Shown here: piece by piece, positions 1 through 9,498 of the stretch
Layout: each line of letters starts with the position of its first letter
How positions within the stretch are numbered: position 1 is the stretch's first letter
The notes under the pieces: generated by a model
Database searches by the model: none
What the model saw: only the letters and a program-made list of their open reading frames with translations
Told to the model about the DNA's origin: nothing
Translations under genes and position numbers: made by a program
DNA from: Patescibacteria group bacterium
Lineage (GTDB): Bacteria; Patescibacteriota; Microgenomatia; UBA10105; UBA927
DNA: 64,000 bases
Assembly: GCA_035510735.1 (NCBI GenBank)
Contig: DATKGN010000004.1
Span: 243,810 to 307,809 of the forward strand
Direction: 5' to 3'

Positions 1-23
1 TATATTTCAACAATAAAATTCTT

Positions 24-566
24 ATGATTCCGACAGAAGATCAGGCGAAGGCCTTGTGGGATAAATATGCATTGCCGGAAAAAAAACGGTTGCATGTAAC
101 GCTTGTTACCCGCGTGGCATTGTTTCTTGCCAGGAAATCAGTGGAGGCAGGCGTCGTTACTGATATTAATATTCCGTTACTTCGGGCCGCGGCGCTTCTC
201 CATGATATTGATAAAGCAATCCCAAGGTTGCTAGGGGAACAACACCCTGATACCGCGGTACGCGTATTACGTGAAGAGGAAATGAGTGAGGTAGCTGAAG
301 TTGTCCGTCGGCATCCGCTTCATGCGATTGTAGACCCTACTATTGCGCCCAGAACGCCTGAAGAAAAAATTCTGTATTTGGCCGATAAGATGGTAAAGTT
401 TGAGATTCTAACGGTTGATAAACGATTCCAGCTTTGGCGGGATGAACAATTACCCCGGGAGGCTGTGGAGATGCTTGACGCTTGTTACCCGAAAGTGAAA
501 GAACTTGAGAAGCAAATACTCGGTAGCATTGGAGTTTTACCCCAAGAGGTTACATCGCTTGCTTGA
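24..566 (+). CDS. HD-domain metal-dependent phosphohydrolase
   Basis: H...ALLHDIDK...HP...LYLADK pattern of HD/HDIG proteins. Confidence 0.8.
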   Translation: MIPTEDQAKALWDKYALPEKKRLHVTLVTRVALFLARKSVEAGVVTDINIPLLRAAALLHDIDKAIPRLLGEQHPDTAVRVLREEEMSEVAEVVRRHPLHAIVDPTIAPRTPEEKILYLADKMVKFEILTVDKRFQLWRDEQLPREAVEMLDACYPKVKELEKQILGSIGVLPQEVTSLA

Positions 567-620
567 ATGACGCAGACTCTGTACAATGAAGGCGACTTTG
601 ATTCTTAAAAAGGAGGATCC

Positions 621-1226
621 ATGAAACGAATACTATTTGTGTTTTTTGCAATACTACTGATGCTAGGAACGGGTTCTTTAATGTCCGTGCGGGCGGCAAC
701 TAAGGTACAACCAACCGTTACGATGGAAAACAAAACCGTAACATCGACGAACGCTGCAATGTCGCAAACAGGAGATCAGGGACAACCGGTAGAATATGCA
801 CTGCCGTATCCCGGAATGTTGCCAGATAACCCATTATATTTTTTGAAGCAGGTTCGTGATTGGATTATGGAAAAAATTATCGCGGACCCGGTCCGCAAGA
901 TTGAGTTCTATGTCCTTCAAAGCGATAAAGATATAAACGCGAGCGTATTTTTGAATGCAAAAAAGGAGAGTGCGCTCGGTCTCACATCCATGATGCTTGC
1001 ATCGAAAAATATGCAGATGGCCGTTGCTATGACCACGACATACAATACACAGGGACAAGCGATCCCGGGATATGTCGTTGATCAGCTCGGAAAGTCTTTG
1101 AGTAAGCATGAAGAAGTGTTGACGGATTTAGTGACTAAAGTCAGTGCGGATGAAAAACCACGTTACAATGCCGCACTAGCTGATGTCAGAGAGATGGAAG
1201 CAGAAGTTGCGAAATTACTTCAATAA
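621..1226 (+). CDS. secreted DUF5667-like protein
   Basis: Signal peptide; LPYPGMLPDNPLYFLKQVRD motif typical of DUF5667; AGGAGG SD upstream. Confidence 0.65.
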   Translation: MKRILFVFFAILLMLGTGSLMSVRAATKVQPTVTMENKTVTSTNAAMSQTGDQGQPVEYALPYPGMLPDNPLYFLKQVRDWIMEKIIADPVRKIEFYVLQSDKDINASVFLNAKKESALGLTSMMLASKNMQMAVAMTTTYNTQGQAIPGYVVDQLGKSLSKHEEVLTDLVTKVSADEKPRYNAALADVREMEAEVAKLLQ

Positions 1227-1242
1227 ATTGTTCAGTTTAACA

Positions 1243-1283
1243 AATACGATTATTTCGTTTCTGTGATACGAAAATATCGTATT
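1243..1283. terminator. imperfect AT-rich hairpin after the 621..1226 gene, possible terminator
   Basis: aatacgat...atcgtatt inverted repeat with inner ttcgt/acgaa pairing. Confidence 0.35.
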
Positions 1284-1431
1284 GAGTAATTTTTGTTTAA
1301 CTTCATTGAATCAGTGTCATTTCTGTCACCAGAAGGGTTGTGAACTAAAGTAATTACCGAACTTTTTCCTCAAGAGTTTTCAGTTGAGGCTACGATTTTT
1401 TCTTGCCCACCTTTGATATAGAAGTTGCTAG

Positions 1432-1484
1432 TTGACGCTGCTTATTTAGTGTCTTAGTATTTGTTTTGGCACCATAGGTAGCGT
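1432..1484 (+). promoter_or_regulatory. sigma70 promoter with tandem NrdR-box-like operators
   Basis: TTGACG(1432-37)-17 bp-TAGTAT(1455-60); NrdR-box-like 16-mers at 1437-1452 and 1469-1484, 32 bp apart. Confidence 0.6.
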
Positions 1485-1503
1485 TTATAATTTCACGAGT
1501 GAA

Positions 1504-1950
1504 ATGAAGTGTCCATACTGTAATTACGATAATACTGACGTTTTAGAGACGCGGGATAGTGAAGACCTAGCGGTGACGCGCCGGCGCCGCAATTGTTCAA
1601 AATGCGAGAAACGGTTTACGACATATGAACGGGTTGAGACGGTGCCATTGACTGTTGTTAAGAAAGATGAACGGCGAGAAACCTTCGATAGGGAAAAATT
1701 AAAACGGGGAATTTGGCGGGCAAGCGGAAAAACCACGATAAAAACAGAAGACATCGACCGGATTGTCGATGAGGTTGAACGGGAATTAATCGGTGGCGAC
1801 ACAACAGAGGTTCCGAGTAAAAAGATTGGCGAACTGGTTGCAAAGAGATTAAAAAAATTGGATAAGATTGCGTATATAAGATTTGCGAGTGTATTCCGAC
1901 AATTTGTAGATATCGAAGATTTTGAGCGGGAAGTGAAAAAACTTTTATAA
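1504..1950 (+). CDS. nrdR: transcriptional repressor NrdR
   Basis: MKCPYC...RRRRNCSKCEKRFTTYE zinc ribbon, ATP cone, AYIRFASV. Confidence 0.97.
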   Translation: MKCPYCNYDNTDVLETRDSEDLAVTRRRRNCSKCEKRFTTYERVETVPLTVVKKDERRETFDREKLKRGIWRASGKTTIKTEDIDRIVDEVERELIGGDTTEVPSKKIGELVAKRLKKLDKIAYIRFASVFRQFVDIEDFEREVKKLL

Positions 1951-2017
1951 AAAAGTTTTTCATCCCAGAGTGTATTAAAGGATTACGTACTAAAACATTT
2001 TATATAAAGGAATATAT

Positions 2018-4483
2018 ATGGAATTGACCGGCCTCCGAAATACCGTATTTTTAGACCGCTACTCCTTAAAGGATGAAAAAGGCACCCCTATTGAAAAATC
2101 ACCTGAGGAAATGTGGCGACGGATTGCACATGCAATTGCCGGCGTTGAACCAAAAGCAAAACGGACGTACTGGGAAGATAAATTTTACGGAGCGATGCAG
2201 GATTTCGTTTTTGTCCCGGGTGGTAGGATTTTATCCGGGGCCGGTACCGGATATAAAGTAACATTCTATAACTGTTTCGTCCTCCCGTCACCCCATGATT
2301 CACGTCAGGGCATATTAAAAACACTGACCCAAATGATTGAGATTATGTCGCGGGGAGGCGGAGTAGGTATCAACCTCTCAAGTCTTCGTCCGCGCGGCGC
2401 ACGGGTCTCGAAGGTGAACGGATTTTCATCAGGTCCTTGTAATTGGGCGGAACTTTTTTCCGTCGCAACCAAAGATATCATCCAGCAGGGCGGGAGCAGG
2501 AGGGGTGCTCTCATGCTCATGCTTTGGGACTGGCACCCGGATATTGAGGAATTCATTACCGTCAAACAGGATTTAACCCGCATTAACGGCGCCAATCTTT
2601 CTGTGTGTGTGTCCGATGCGTTTATGGAAGCGGTGAAAAAAGATGCCGACTGGGATTTGATGTTCCCGGATAAAAATGATCCGGATTATGACACCAAATG
2701 GGATGGCTATATGCCCAATTGGCTGGCGCTTGGGAAAAAACCGATTGTCTTCAAAACGATTAAGGCCCGTGCTCTCTGGGATCTTGTGGCACAGGCTGCA
2801 TGGCGAAGTGCAGAGCCAGGTGTCGTTTTCATGGAGCGGTATAACAAATGGTTTAACAATAACTACTTTGAATACGTGAACTGTGTCAATCCCTGCGGCG
2901 AAGAAGGCCTACCGAGCTGGGGCGTTTGTAATCTTTGTTCCATCAATCTTGCCGCTCTTGTTAACGAAAACGGTGAGATGGATTATGCCCGGCTTGAGGA
3001 AGTTGCACGGATTGGTGTCCGGTTCCAGGATGACGTCATCGATGCGGATTTTTATGTATTTGATGAAATTCGGAAGGTCCAGCAAAAAGGTGAGCGCCGT
3101 ATCGGACTTGGGACCATGGGTCTAGGCGACGCACTTATTAAAATGAAACTCCGATACGGATCTCCCGAGAGTTTGCCGGTGATCGACAAAATTTATAAAA
3201 CGATACGGGATGCTGCATACGATGCCTCTGTTGATATCGCAGTGGAAAAGGGACCGTTTCCGAAAATTAATATTAAAAAACACCTCGAAGGATATTTTAT
3301 TAAACAACTGCCTGACGAGGTACGGAAAAAATTAAAGAAACACGGAATCAGAAACAGTATGCTGTTGCAGCAGGCGCCGACGGGATCAACGTCCCTTCTG
3401 TCCGGAGTTTCAAGTGGCATTGAGCCGGTGTATGAATTTGAATTTATACGGCGTGACCGGTTGGGAGAACACACGCTCCGGCATCCGCTCTACGAAGCAT
3501 GGTTTGAGGATTTTAGTAAGACGCATGGTAGGGAACCGACAAAAGAAGAGCGCCCATTACAGTTTGTTTCAGCTAATGATCTGACGCCGGAAGATCATGT
3601 CTATGTTCAGGCAACTATTCAAAAATATGTTGACGCATCAATAAGTAAAACCGTAAACGCGCCGAACACCCATACGGTTGAAGACGTGAAACGACTCTAT
3701 ACGCTTGCATACGAACAGGGATGCAAAGGTATTGCGTATATGCGTGAAGGGAGCCGCCAGGGTGTTTTGACACGGAAGGAAGAACCCAAAAAAGAAGAAG
3801 CACCCAAACCGGTCGTCGCCCCGATGCCCGAGGTGAAGCCGCGTCCTATGGTCGTCCATGGGTCCACGTATCAAGTTGAGACGCCGGTTGGTCAGGCATA
3901 CGTTACTATCAATACCAATGGCGGCAATCAGCCGCTTGAGATGTTTATAAACGTCGGTAAAGCCGGAAGTGACGTCACCGCTATGGCGGAAGCAGTTGGT
4001 CGGTTAACCTCGTTAATCTTCCGTATCTCATCACCGGTTCCCGCAATTGAACGGGCACGGAAAATTGCGGCGGAACTCGTCGGAATTGGCGGAGCACGAT
4101 CTATGGGATTTGGAGAGAACCGAGTAAGGAGTCTTCCGGATGCGGTTGCGAAAGTTATTGACCGCCACTTTGGATTTTTCGCAAAGCATCGGCTGGAAAA
4201 TGCAGTGCCTGCAGGAGCAACGGTTCGCGCAGACAGTAAGCCGGATGGAACAAATGGTCATACAACACAGCAGGTTGTTACCGGATTGAACGGAGACGGA
4301 CATATGCATATTGCGGCGCCGGCTGTTGAACCTGCTCAGGAGCCTTTGAGTGCGCCTGCACAGATGCTTTTGACTGAACGCCGGGTGGTTACTGTAGATT
4401 TATGTCCAGGCTGCGGTGAGGCGAGTTTGGTTTTTGAAGAGGGATGCAAGAAGTGTTACAGCTGCGGTTATTCGGAATGCTAA
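2018..4483 (+). CDS. nrdJ: adenosylcobalamin-dependent (class II) ribonucleotide reductase with C-terminal TSCPD/zinc-ribbon region
   Basis: PGGRIL, NCFV, NPCGE, CNL, APTGS motifs; C-terminal CPGC...CYSCGYSEC; follows nrdR, next to B12 genes. Confidence 0.93.
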   Translation: MELTGLRNTVFLDRYSLKDEKGTPIEKSPEEMWRRIAHAIAGVEPKAKRTYWEDKFYGAMQDFVFVPGGRILSGAGTGYKVTFYNCFVLPSPHDSRQGILKTLTQMIEIMSRGGGVGINLSSLRPRGARVSKVNGFSSGPCNWAELFSVATKDIIQQGGSRRGALMLMLWDWHPDIEEFITVKQDLTRINGANLSVCVSDAFMEAVKKDADWDLMFPDKNDPDYDTKWDGYMPNWLALGKKPIVFKTIKARALWDLVAQAAWRSAEPGVVFMERYNKWFNNNYFEYVNCVNPCGEEGLPSWGVCNLCSINLAALVNENGEMDYARLEEVARIGVRFQDDVIDADFYVFDEIRKVQQKGERRIGLGTMGLGDALIKMKLRYGSPESLPVIDKIYKTIRDAAYDASVDIAVEKGPFPKINIKKHLEGYFIKQLPDEVRKKLKKHGIRNSMLLQQAPTGSTSLLSGVSSGIEPVYEFEFIRRDRLGEHTLRHPLYEAWFEDFSKTHGREPTKEERPLQFVSANDLTPEDHVYVQATIQKYVDASISKTVNAPNTHTVEDVKRLYTLAYEQGCKGIAYMREGSRQGVLTRKEEPKKEEAPKPVVAPMPEVKPRPMVVHGSTYQVETPVGQAYVTINTNGGNQPLEMFINVGKAGSDVTAMAEAVGRLTSLIFRISSPVPAIERARKIAAELVGIGGARSMGFGENRVRSLPDAVAKVIDRHFGFFAKHRLENAVPAGATVRADSKPDGTNGHTTQQVVTGLNGDGHMHIAAPAVEPAQEPLSAPAQMLLTERRVVTVDLCPGCGEASLVFEEGCKKCYSCGYSEC

Positions 4484-4516
4484 ACGGGACTTCAAGCTCT
4501 CAATAAACACCTATAT

Positions 4517-5581
4517 ATGAATGTGTGGGTCCACAGGATTTTCTTGGTGTTCTCCGTAGTTTTCCTCTCTTTCGTGATTCTTGAGGGATTATTAAGACTT
4601 TTTCATTACACGTATTATCCGTTACATATATTAATGTTAGGTATATCGGATAGCGATAAGTCCGGTGTAACGGATGCCGTGCACTCGAGTGACTGGCGTT
4701 ATTATCATACTTTTTTAGATAAATCGAATACGTATGATCCTTGGTTAATGTGGAAGCCAAATCCCCAATTTGAAATTCACGACGCTTCAGGTTCTGCCCG
4801 GAAATTCTTTAACGCAATGGGGTATACCGGCCCTGAAATTAGTCCCAATAACAGTAATCATCGTATTGTCATTATTGCGCTCGGAGATTCCAATACATTA
4901 GGTCCCGGACAATTTGATAATCAAACCGATGAAGAAGTGAGTTGGCCGGGATATTTGCGTTCATTAGTAGGTAACCGGGTGGAGGTTCTAAACGGGGGCG
5001 TATGGGGGTATTCCTCGTTTCAGATTTTCCGTCGATTTAAAAACGTTATTCCGCTTAAACCTGATTTGGTTATTATTAGCCCAAGTATGAATGATAATCA
5101 TCTTGTCTTAACCCCCGATTCATCATATAGTCTGTTTACTGTCGGGGATGACTATGCTTTGTTGCATGTGAAACTTGTTCAACTGCTACAAGCGGGCTAT
5201 GATGCAGTTGTTGCAATTATAAATAGGAATGCTTCTCCGCGCCTGCCGCGTGTTTCATATAATGAATATCAACAACTTTTGAACAATACAATTACGGTTG
5301 CTAAGAAAAATAAAATGCATGTACTTTTTATAACAAGACCTTATTGTTTTTTTACACTGCAGTCATATATTCATCAACTCGCGACCAGGTTAATGGAATA
5401 TAATGAATTTATGAGACAAAGAGCGCGTGAGGAGAATATTCCGGTTCTTGATTTTGAAAAGATATATGCAGGTAAATGTAATTTGTTCAGCGATCCGGCT
5501 CACTTTAACGAAGAGGGATATAAAAATGCTGCAAATCTGCTATATGCGGAGTTGCAGAAGTTACAATTGATTCATAACTAA
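4517..5581 (+). CDS. membrane-anchored SGNH/GDSL hydrolase
   Basis: N-terminal TM; LGDSNT, NGGVWGYSS, ND, DPAH blocks. Confidence 0.8.
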   Translation: MNVWVHRIFLVFSVVFLSFVILEGLLRLFHYTYYPLHILMLGISDSDKSGVTDAVHSSDWRYYHTFLDKSNTYDPWLMWKPNPQFEIHDASGSARKFFNAMGYTGPEISPNNSNHRIVIIALGDSNTLGPGQFDNQTDEEVSWPGYLRSLVGNRVEVLNGGVWGYSSFQIFRRFKNVIPLKPDLVIISPSMNDNHLVLTPDSSYSLFTVGDDYALLHVKLVQLLQAGYDAVVAIINRNASPRLPRVSYNEYQQLLNNTITVAKKNKMHVLFITRPYCFFTLQSYIHQLATRLMEYNEFMRQRAREENIPVLDFEKIYAGKCNLFSDPAHFNEEGYKNAANLLYAELQKLQLIHN

Positions 5582-5585
5582 CCTT

Positions 5586-6131
5586 ATGCCAATCTATACC
5601 CGTACCGGAGATGCAGGTACTACAGCGCTTTTTGGCGGCAAGCGGGTGTTAAAATCCGAAGCCCTTGTTGACGTCTACGGATCCGTTGACGAATTAAACA
5701 GTTGGGTTGGACTTATTACCTCACAGATGAAAGAGACTCATCTTATAAAACTTTTTTCGGAAATTCAGTCGGATTTATTTTCCGTTGGCGGGTGTCTTGC
5801 TGGATGGAAGACAGAATTGAATATGCTTGAGACGCGTGTTACACAAATGGAAGTTGAGATTGATGCAATGGAAAAAGAATTGCCGCCGCTTACAAATTTT
5901 ATTCTTCCCGGGGGATCACAGCTCGCAAGTCAGATCCACGTTGTCAGAAGTGTTTGCCGGCGCGTTGAGAGACAGGTTGTTGCACTTACCAAAACACAAA
6001 CGGTTGACCCGCGCATTATCAAATATTTAAATCGGTTATCCGACTTGTGTTTTATGCTCGCACGGTTTATAAATAAAAACGAACATGCTGAGGAAGTAGT
6101 GTGGTCTGGAATTCCAAGGCAGAAAAAATAA
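5586..6131 (+). CDS. pduO: ATP:cob(I)alamin adenosyltransferase, PduO type
   Basis: IYTRTGDAGTT, YGSVDELNS, FILPGG, RSVCRRVER, YLNRLSD. Confidence 0.95.
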   Translation: MPIYTRTGDAGTTALFGGKRVLKSEALVDVYGSVDELNSWVGLITSQMKETHLIKLFSEIQSDLFSVGGCLAGWKTELNMLETRVTQMEVEIDAMEKELPPLTNFILPGGSQLASQIHVVRSVCRRVERQVVALTKTQTVDPRIIKYLNRLSDLCFMLARFINKNEHAEEVVWSGIPRQKK

Positions 6132-6256
6132 AGTAAGGAATCGAGGAACGCTGTGTAAATCAGCGGCTGTGCCGCAACCGTGGGCCCCTCCTTCGCGTAA
6201 AGCTTCGGAGGGCAAGCCGGGAACTCCTCCTTACCTATTATCCCGAGCAGGAGTTT
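6131..6256 (+). promoter_or_regulatory. cobalamin riboswitch (compact type)
   Basis: GGAA-cgctg-TGTAAAT-cagcg-gctgt-GCCGCAACCGT...AAGCCGG core; closing stem gtaagga(6133-39)/tccttac(6228-34); small hairpin over the AGGAG SD; B12 gene context. Confidence 0.8.
6184..6213 (+). repeat. CCTTCGC-TAAAGCT-CGG palindromic repeat inside the riboswitch
   Basis: gcccctccttcgcgtaaagcttcggagggc; near-identical core at 20560-20588. Confidence 0.85.
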
Positions 6257-6258
6257 TT

Positions 6259-6690
6259 ATGGTTACTAAAAAGTTATTCGGCATCATACTCTTCATTTGC
6301 TGCGCATTTTTCCTTGCTTGGAGAATTACTTCATCGTTACCTCAAAGCCGTACGGTTTCTTCTGTAAGAACTACACAATCGATAAACAAAAATTCCGTTC
6401 GTGTGTCGTTGACACTCGATACAGGAGAAAAAATTGCAACCTACGACGGTATTATTGCATCCAATGCATTTGACGCGCTCATTGCCGTTACCCGGGCACA
6501 TGCAATTTCTTTAATCACGAAAAAATATGACTTCGGTGTGTTTATCCAACAAATTGGCACATTTCCAAACACAAAAGATAACGCGTGGGTTTATTATGTC
6601 AACGGAGTATCAGGTGATGTTGCCGCAGATAAAAAAACTGTTAAAAACGGCGATACCGTTCTTTGGAAGTATACAAAACCGCTGTATTAA
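6259..6690 (+). CDS. DUF4430 / transcobalamin-like C-terminal domain protein, putative B12-binding
   Basis: N-terminal TM; KYDFGVFIQQIG...AWVYYVNG...ADK..VKNGDTVLWKY. Start moved to ATG 6259 (SD AGGAG) because the upstream extension runs through the riboswitch. Confidence 0.75.
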   Translation: MVTKKLFGIILFICCAFFLAWRITSSLPQSRTVSSVRTTQSINKNSVRVSLTLDTGEKIATYDGIIASNAFDALIAVTRAHAISLITKKYDFGVFIQQIGTFPNTKDNAWVYYVNGVSGDVAADKKTVKNGDTVLWKYTKPLY

Positions 6691-6696
6691 GAAATT

Positions 6697-7206
6697 ATGG
6701 AAACGCTATTATTTATTATTCTCGGAGTGTTATCAAGAATATTGCCTCATGCTCCCAATATGACTGCGGTTGGAGGAGTTGCTTTGTTTTCAGGTGCAAA
6801 GTTCAATACGAAAAAAGCGGTCACTATTACATTACTTACCATGTTGATAAGCGATTTCATTATTGGGTTTCATTCGCTTATGTTTGCGACGTATGGAGGC
6901 ATGATTCTTGCGGTTTTTGTGGGCAAATGGATTAGTCAACGCGCAGGCGCTCGCCGAATTATTGCCGGAACGTTCTTATCATCGGCGATATTTTTTGTCA
7001 TCACCAATTTTGCCGTGTGGGCAGCGACTCCGTTGTATGCAAAAACAATGAACGGGTTTATAACGTGCTACATTATGGCGCTGCCGTTTTTTAGAAATTC
7101 CATTACAGGAGACATGTTGTATTCAATATCATTTTTTACAATCGATGCAATATTTAACTATTACAAATTCCCATTATTCCATTGGCCGAGAAAATTATTT
7201 TCATAA
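6697..7206 (+). CDS. DUF6580-like membrane protein, putative vitamin transporter S-component
   Basis: SRILPHAPNMT..VALFSGA, FFVITNFAVW, CYIMALPFFRN; about 5 TM helices. Confidence 0.7.
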   Translation: METLLFIILGVLSRILPHAPNMTAVGGVALFSGAKFNTKKAVTITLLTMLISDFIIGFHSLMFATYGGMILAVFVGKWISQRAGARRIIAGTFLSSAIFFVITNFAVWAATPLYAKTMNGFITCYIMALPFFRNSITGDMLYSISFFTIDAIFNYYKFPLFHWPRKLFS

Positions 7207-7212
7207 ATTATT

Positions 7213-9486
7213 GTGCCGAAGATTCAGGAAATTAACACCAATACCGCGCAGAAGACAGACAATGCTGTTGGCACGATGGTAAACGGCGTATGGGCGGTAG
7301 TTGCTGATAGGTATGTACAGTCCCTAAATCGTGGGTTTAATCAACCATTTGGAATAAACTCGCCATTCGGAGATATTGATGATGATCAAAATATGACCGG
7401 CAAACAGCCCCAATGCATCGGGGCGTGCAGTGAATACAGTAAAAAAAGCGAGCTGGATGGATTATTAAACGTATCGGAAAAAACCGGAGGAAATGTTAAG
7501 GCTGTTGCCCTTGAGGCCGCTGAAAATGCACTCTCTTATGAGTTGGAGTTTCTCGAGAAGAGGACGTTGTCTAAAGCGAACTATGATAAAAAGGGGAAAC
7601 ACGGGATGGTAAATAAAGGCAGAGATCTGATTGATTTGGTTGAGACAACGGGGCGGCAGGATCGGTATGAGAAACTTGAAAACGATATAGATGGAAAAAG
7701 AATGGGATTTGTAATAAGTGAGGAAGATGTTGAGAAGGGGAGACACTATATTGATGTGTTTTATAATAGAAAAAATGAAGTAGAGGAATTGGCTATCCAA
7801 TTTGACGGGAGCATAGAGGATCTCCATAGGTTGAACGATAATCTTGCTCTATTAACCGGCGAAAACGCATCGATTGATGAGACTGATTTTTCAAAACCAT
7901 TATTTTCCGACAGAGAAATTTCTTTAGAAGAAATTGTTCATGCCATAGAAGAAAGCTATATAAATGAAGAAAACCGTCAGAACGCGGGCGAATATCTTAC
8001 CCGCCTGCGCCGCGATACTTCTGATTTATCGCACTTGGATGAGTATCAGGAGCGTGCGCTGAAATTAGCAAGTCAAATAGAACAGGAATTATTATCAAAA
8101 GGCAATCTCCGTGAAGGATTAGCCGCACTCGTGTGGAGTCTTGAAGCTGTTGCAAACGGGGAAGAATTCAACGTACCAGAACACTCGTACTATAAAAATA
8201 TTTCTGATACTCCTCAACAGGAGTCAATTGTGACAACTCGAACGGACGAATTAGCAGCAGAGTCGCACATTAATCACCTTATTCCAATACGACTGAATGT
8301 TACAGAGGACAATGAAAAAATTCAGGATTCTCTTGTTGTTTCTCTATTCAGACGTGTCATTGAAAGTGAGCAAAATCAAGATGACTTTCTTCGACTTAGC
8401 CGCGAACCAGCTTTTATCTTTGACAACAATGCTGATGTATCCCCGGTTTGGCGCAAATTTGCAAGCACCACACTTCATATTTCCGAACAATCTGCTCAGA
8501 AACTCGAAGATCATATCGCCGGAGTTTATAAGATTATGGGTGACCAAAAACGAATAATTGATTTTGTATCAACGACGGGGATTGCAACAGTAGGTGCACT
8601 TGCAAGCTTACACATAATAGGAAATTTAGGCGCTATACCAGTCGGGACTGCAGAGAATAAAGATCTAGATGGCGCAGAAATTAATCACGAAGAAATTTTT
8701 CCTAACCCTTTACGTATACAAAAAGAACCAGTGTTCGAATCGACAGTCACGGTGTTAGAAAAGAGCATGTATACGAAAAGTGAGAAAAATCTGATATTTT
8801 CATTATTTCTGAAGGATACCGATGGTAAAGAGGGTAAAGATATTTCTCATGAAGGAGAAGATACGGAGTTAATTTTGCTCGCAAAAATAATTGAGCTTAT
8901 GAATATGCGTGGACAGGATGTGACGACATTCAAAAAAATAATCGACTTTGTACGGATAATTGACGCGCTTCCGGTTGAAAAACAGGTAGTGGCAATTCAG
9001 AAAGAAGAGGAGCAAACTGTTACGGTTCTTCAACTCCTTTGGGAAACGGTTCAAGAGTTAATTAAGCCGGTTAATGAGTCCGAACGAACACGGGTACGAA
9101 ATGTAAAAAACGAAGGTAAATCCGAACCTAACGAAGCCGTTGAACAGGTTTCCTTTACCATTGGTATATGGATGATGCTAAAAATTCTTAATTATTACAA
9201 TGCGCTTGAATCGTTACGCTCCTTTGTTGCAAAACCTCACCAGAAGAAAAATCTGCGTGAAGCACTTGCGGAGGAACAACCTGAGGGATTGATCCAAAAA
9301 GAACCGGCCCCGTGGCTTCTCGCCGCGATTATTTTATATTTGGCGAGAATTCGGGAACAGGGCATGAGAACAAAGACAGTTCAGCAAAAAATGAAAAAGA
9401 AAAAGAATTCCGGAAGGCCTATTATGATCGCGAAAAGACCCTTGTCGGGATACTGGGGAGGCCTCATATTTGCCTTCTGTTCGTGA
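7213..9486 (+). CDS. large hypothetical acidic protein
   Basis: 757 aa ORF, no motif recognised. Confidence 0.6.
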   Translation: MPKIQEINTNTAQKTDNAVGTMVNGVWAVVADRYVQSLNRGFNQPFGINSPFGDIDDDQNMTGKQPQCIGACSEYSKKSELDGLLNVSEKTGGNVKAVALEAAENALSYELEFLEKRTLSKANYDKKGKHGMVNKGRDLIDLVETTGRQDRYEKLENDIDGKRMGFVISEEDVEKGRHYIDVFYNRKNEVEELAIQFDGSIEDLHRLNDNLALLTGENASIDETDFSKPLFSDREISLEEIVHAIEESYINEENRQNAGEYLTRLRRDTSDLSHLDEYQERALKLASQIEQELLSKGNLREGLAALVWSLEAVANGEEFNVPEHSYYKNISDTPQQESIVTTRTDELAAESHINHLIPIRLNVTEDNEKIQDSLVVSLFRRVIESEQNQDDFLRLSREPAFIFDNNADVSPVWRKFASTTLHISEQSAQKLEDHIAGVYKIMGDQKRIIDFVSTTGIATVGALASLHIIGNLGAIPVGTAENKDLDGAEINHEEIFPNPLRIQKEPVFESTVTVLEKSMYTKSEKNLIFSLFLKDTDGKEGKDISHEGEDTELILLAKIIELMNMRGQDVTTFKKIIDFVRIIDALPVEKQVVAIQKEEEQTVTVLQLLWETVQELIKPVNESERTRVRNVKNEGKSEPNEAVEQVSFTIGIWMMLKILNYYNALESLRSFVAKPHQKKNLREALAEEQPEGLIQKEPAPWLLAAIILYLARIREQGMRTKTVQQKMKKKKNSGRPIMIAKRPLSGYWGGLIFAFCS

Positions 9487-9498
9487 TATGATAAACGT

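Noticed and set aside
2018-4483. Possible intein or intron in nrdJ
   Set aside because: Motifs are contiguous and length is normal; no intein C/S...HN-C/S/T junctions seen.
6169-6258. N-terminal extension of ORF 6169..6690 (PPSRKASEG...)
   Set aside because: Runs through the riboswitch and repeat; the SD-supported ATG is at 6259.
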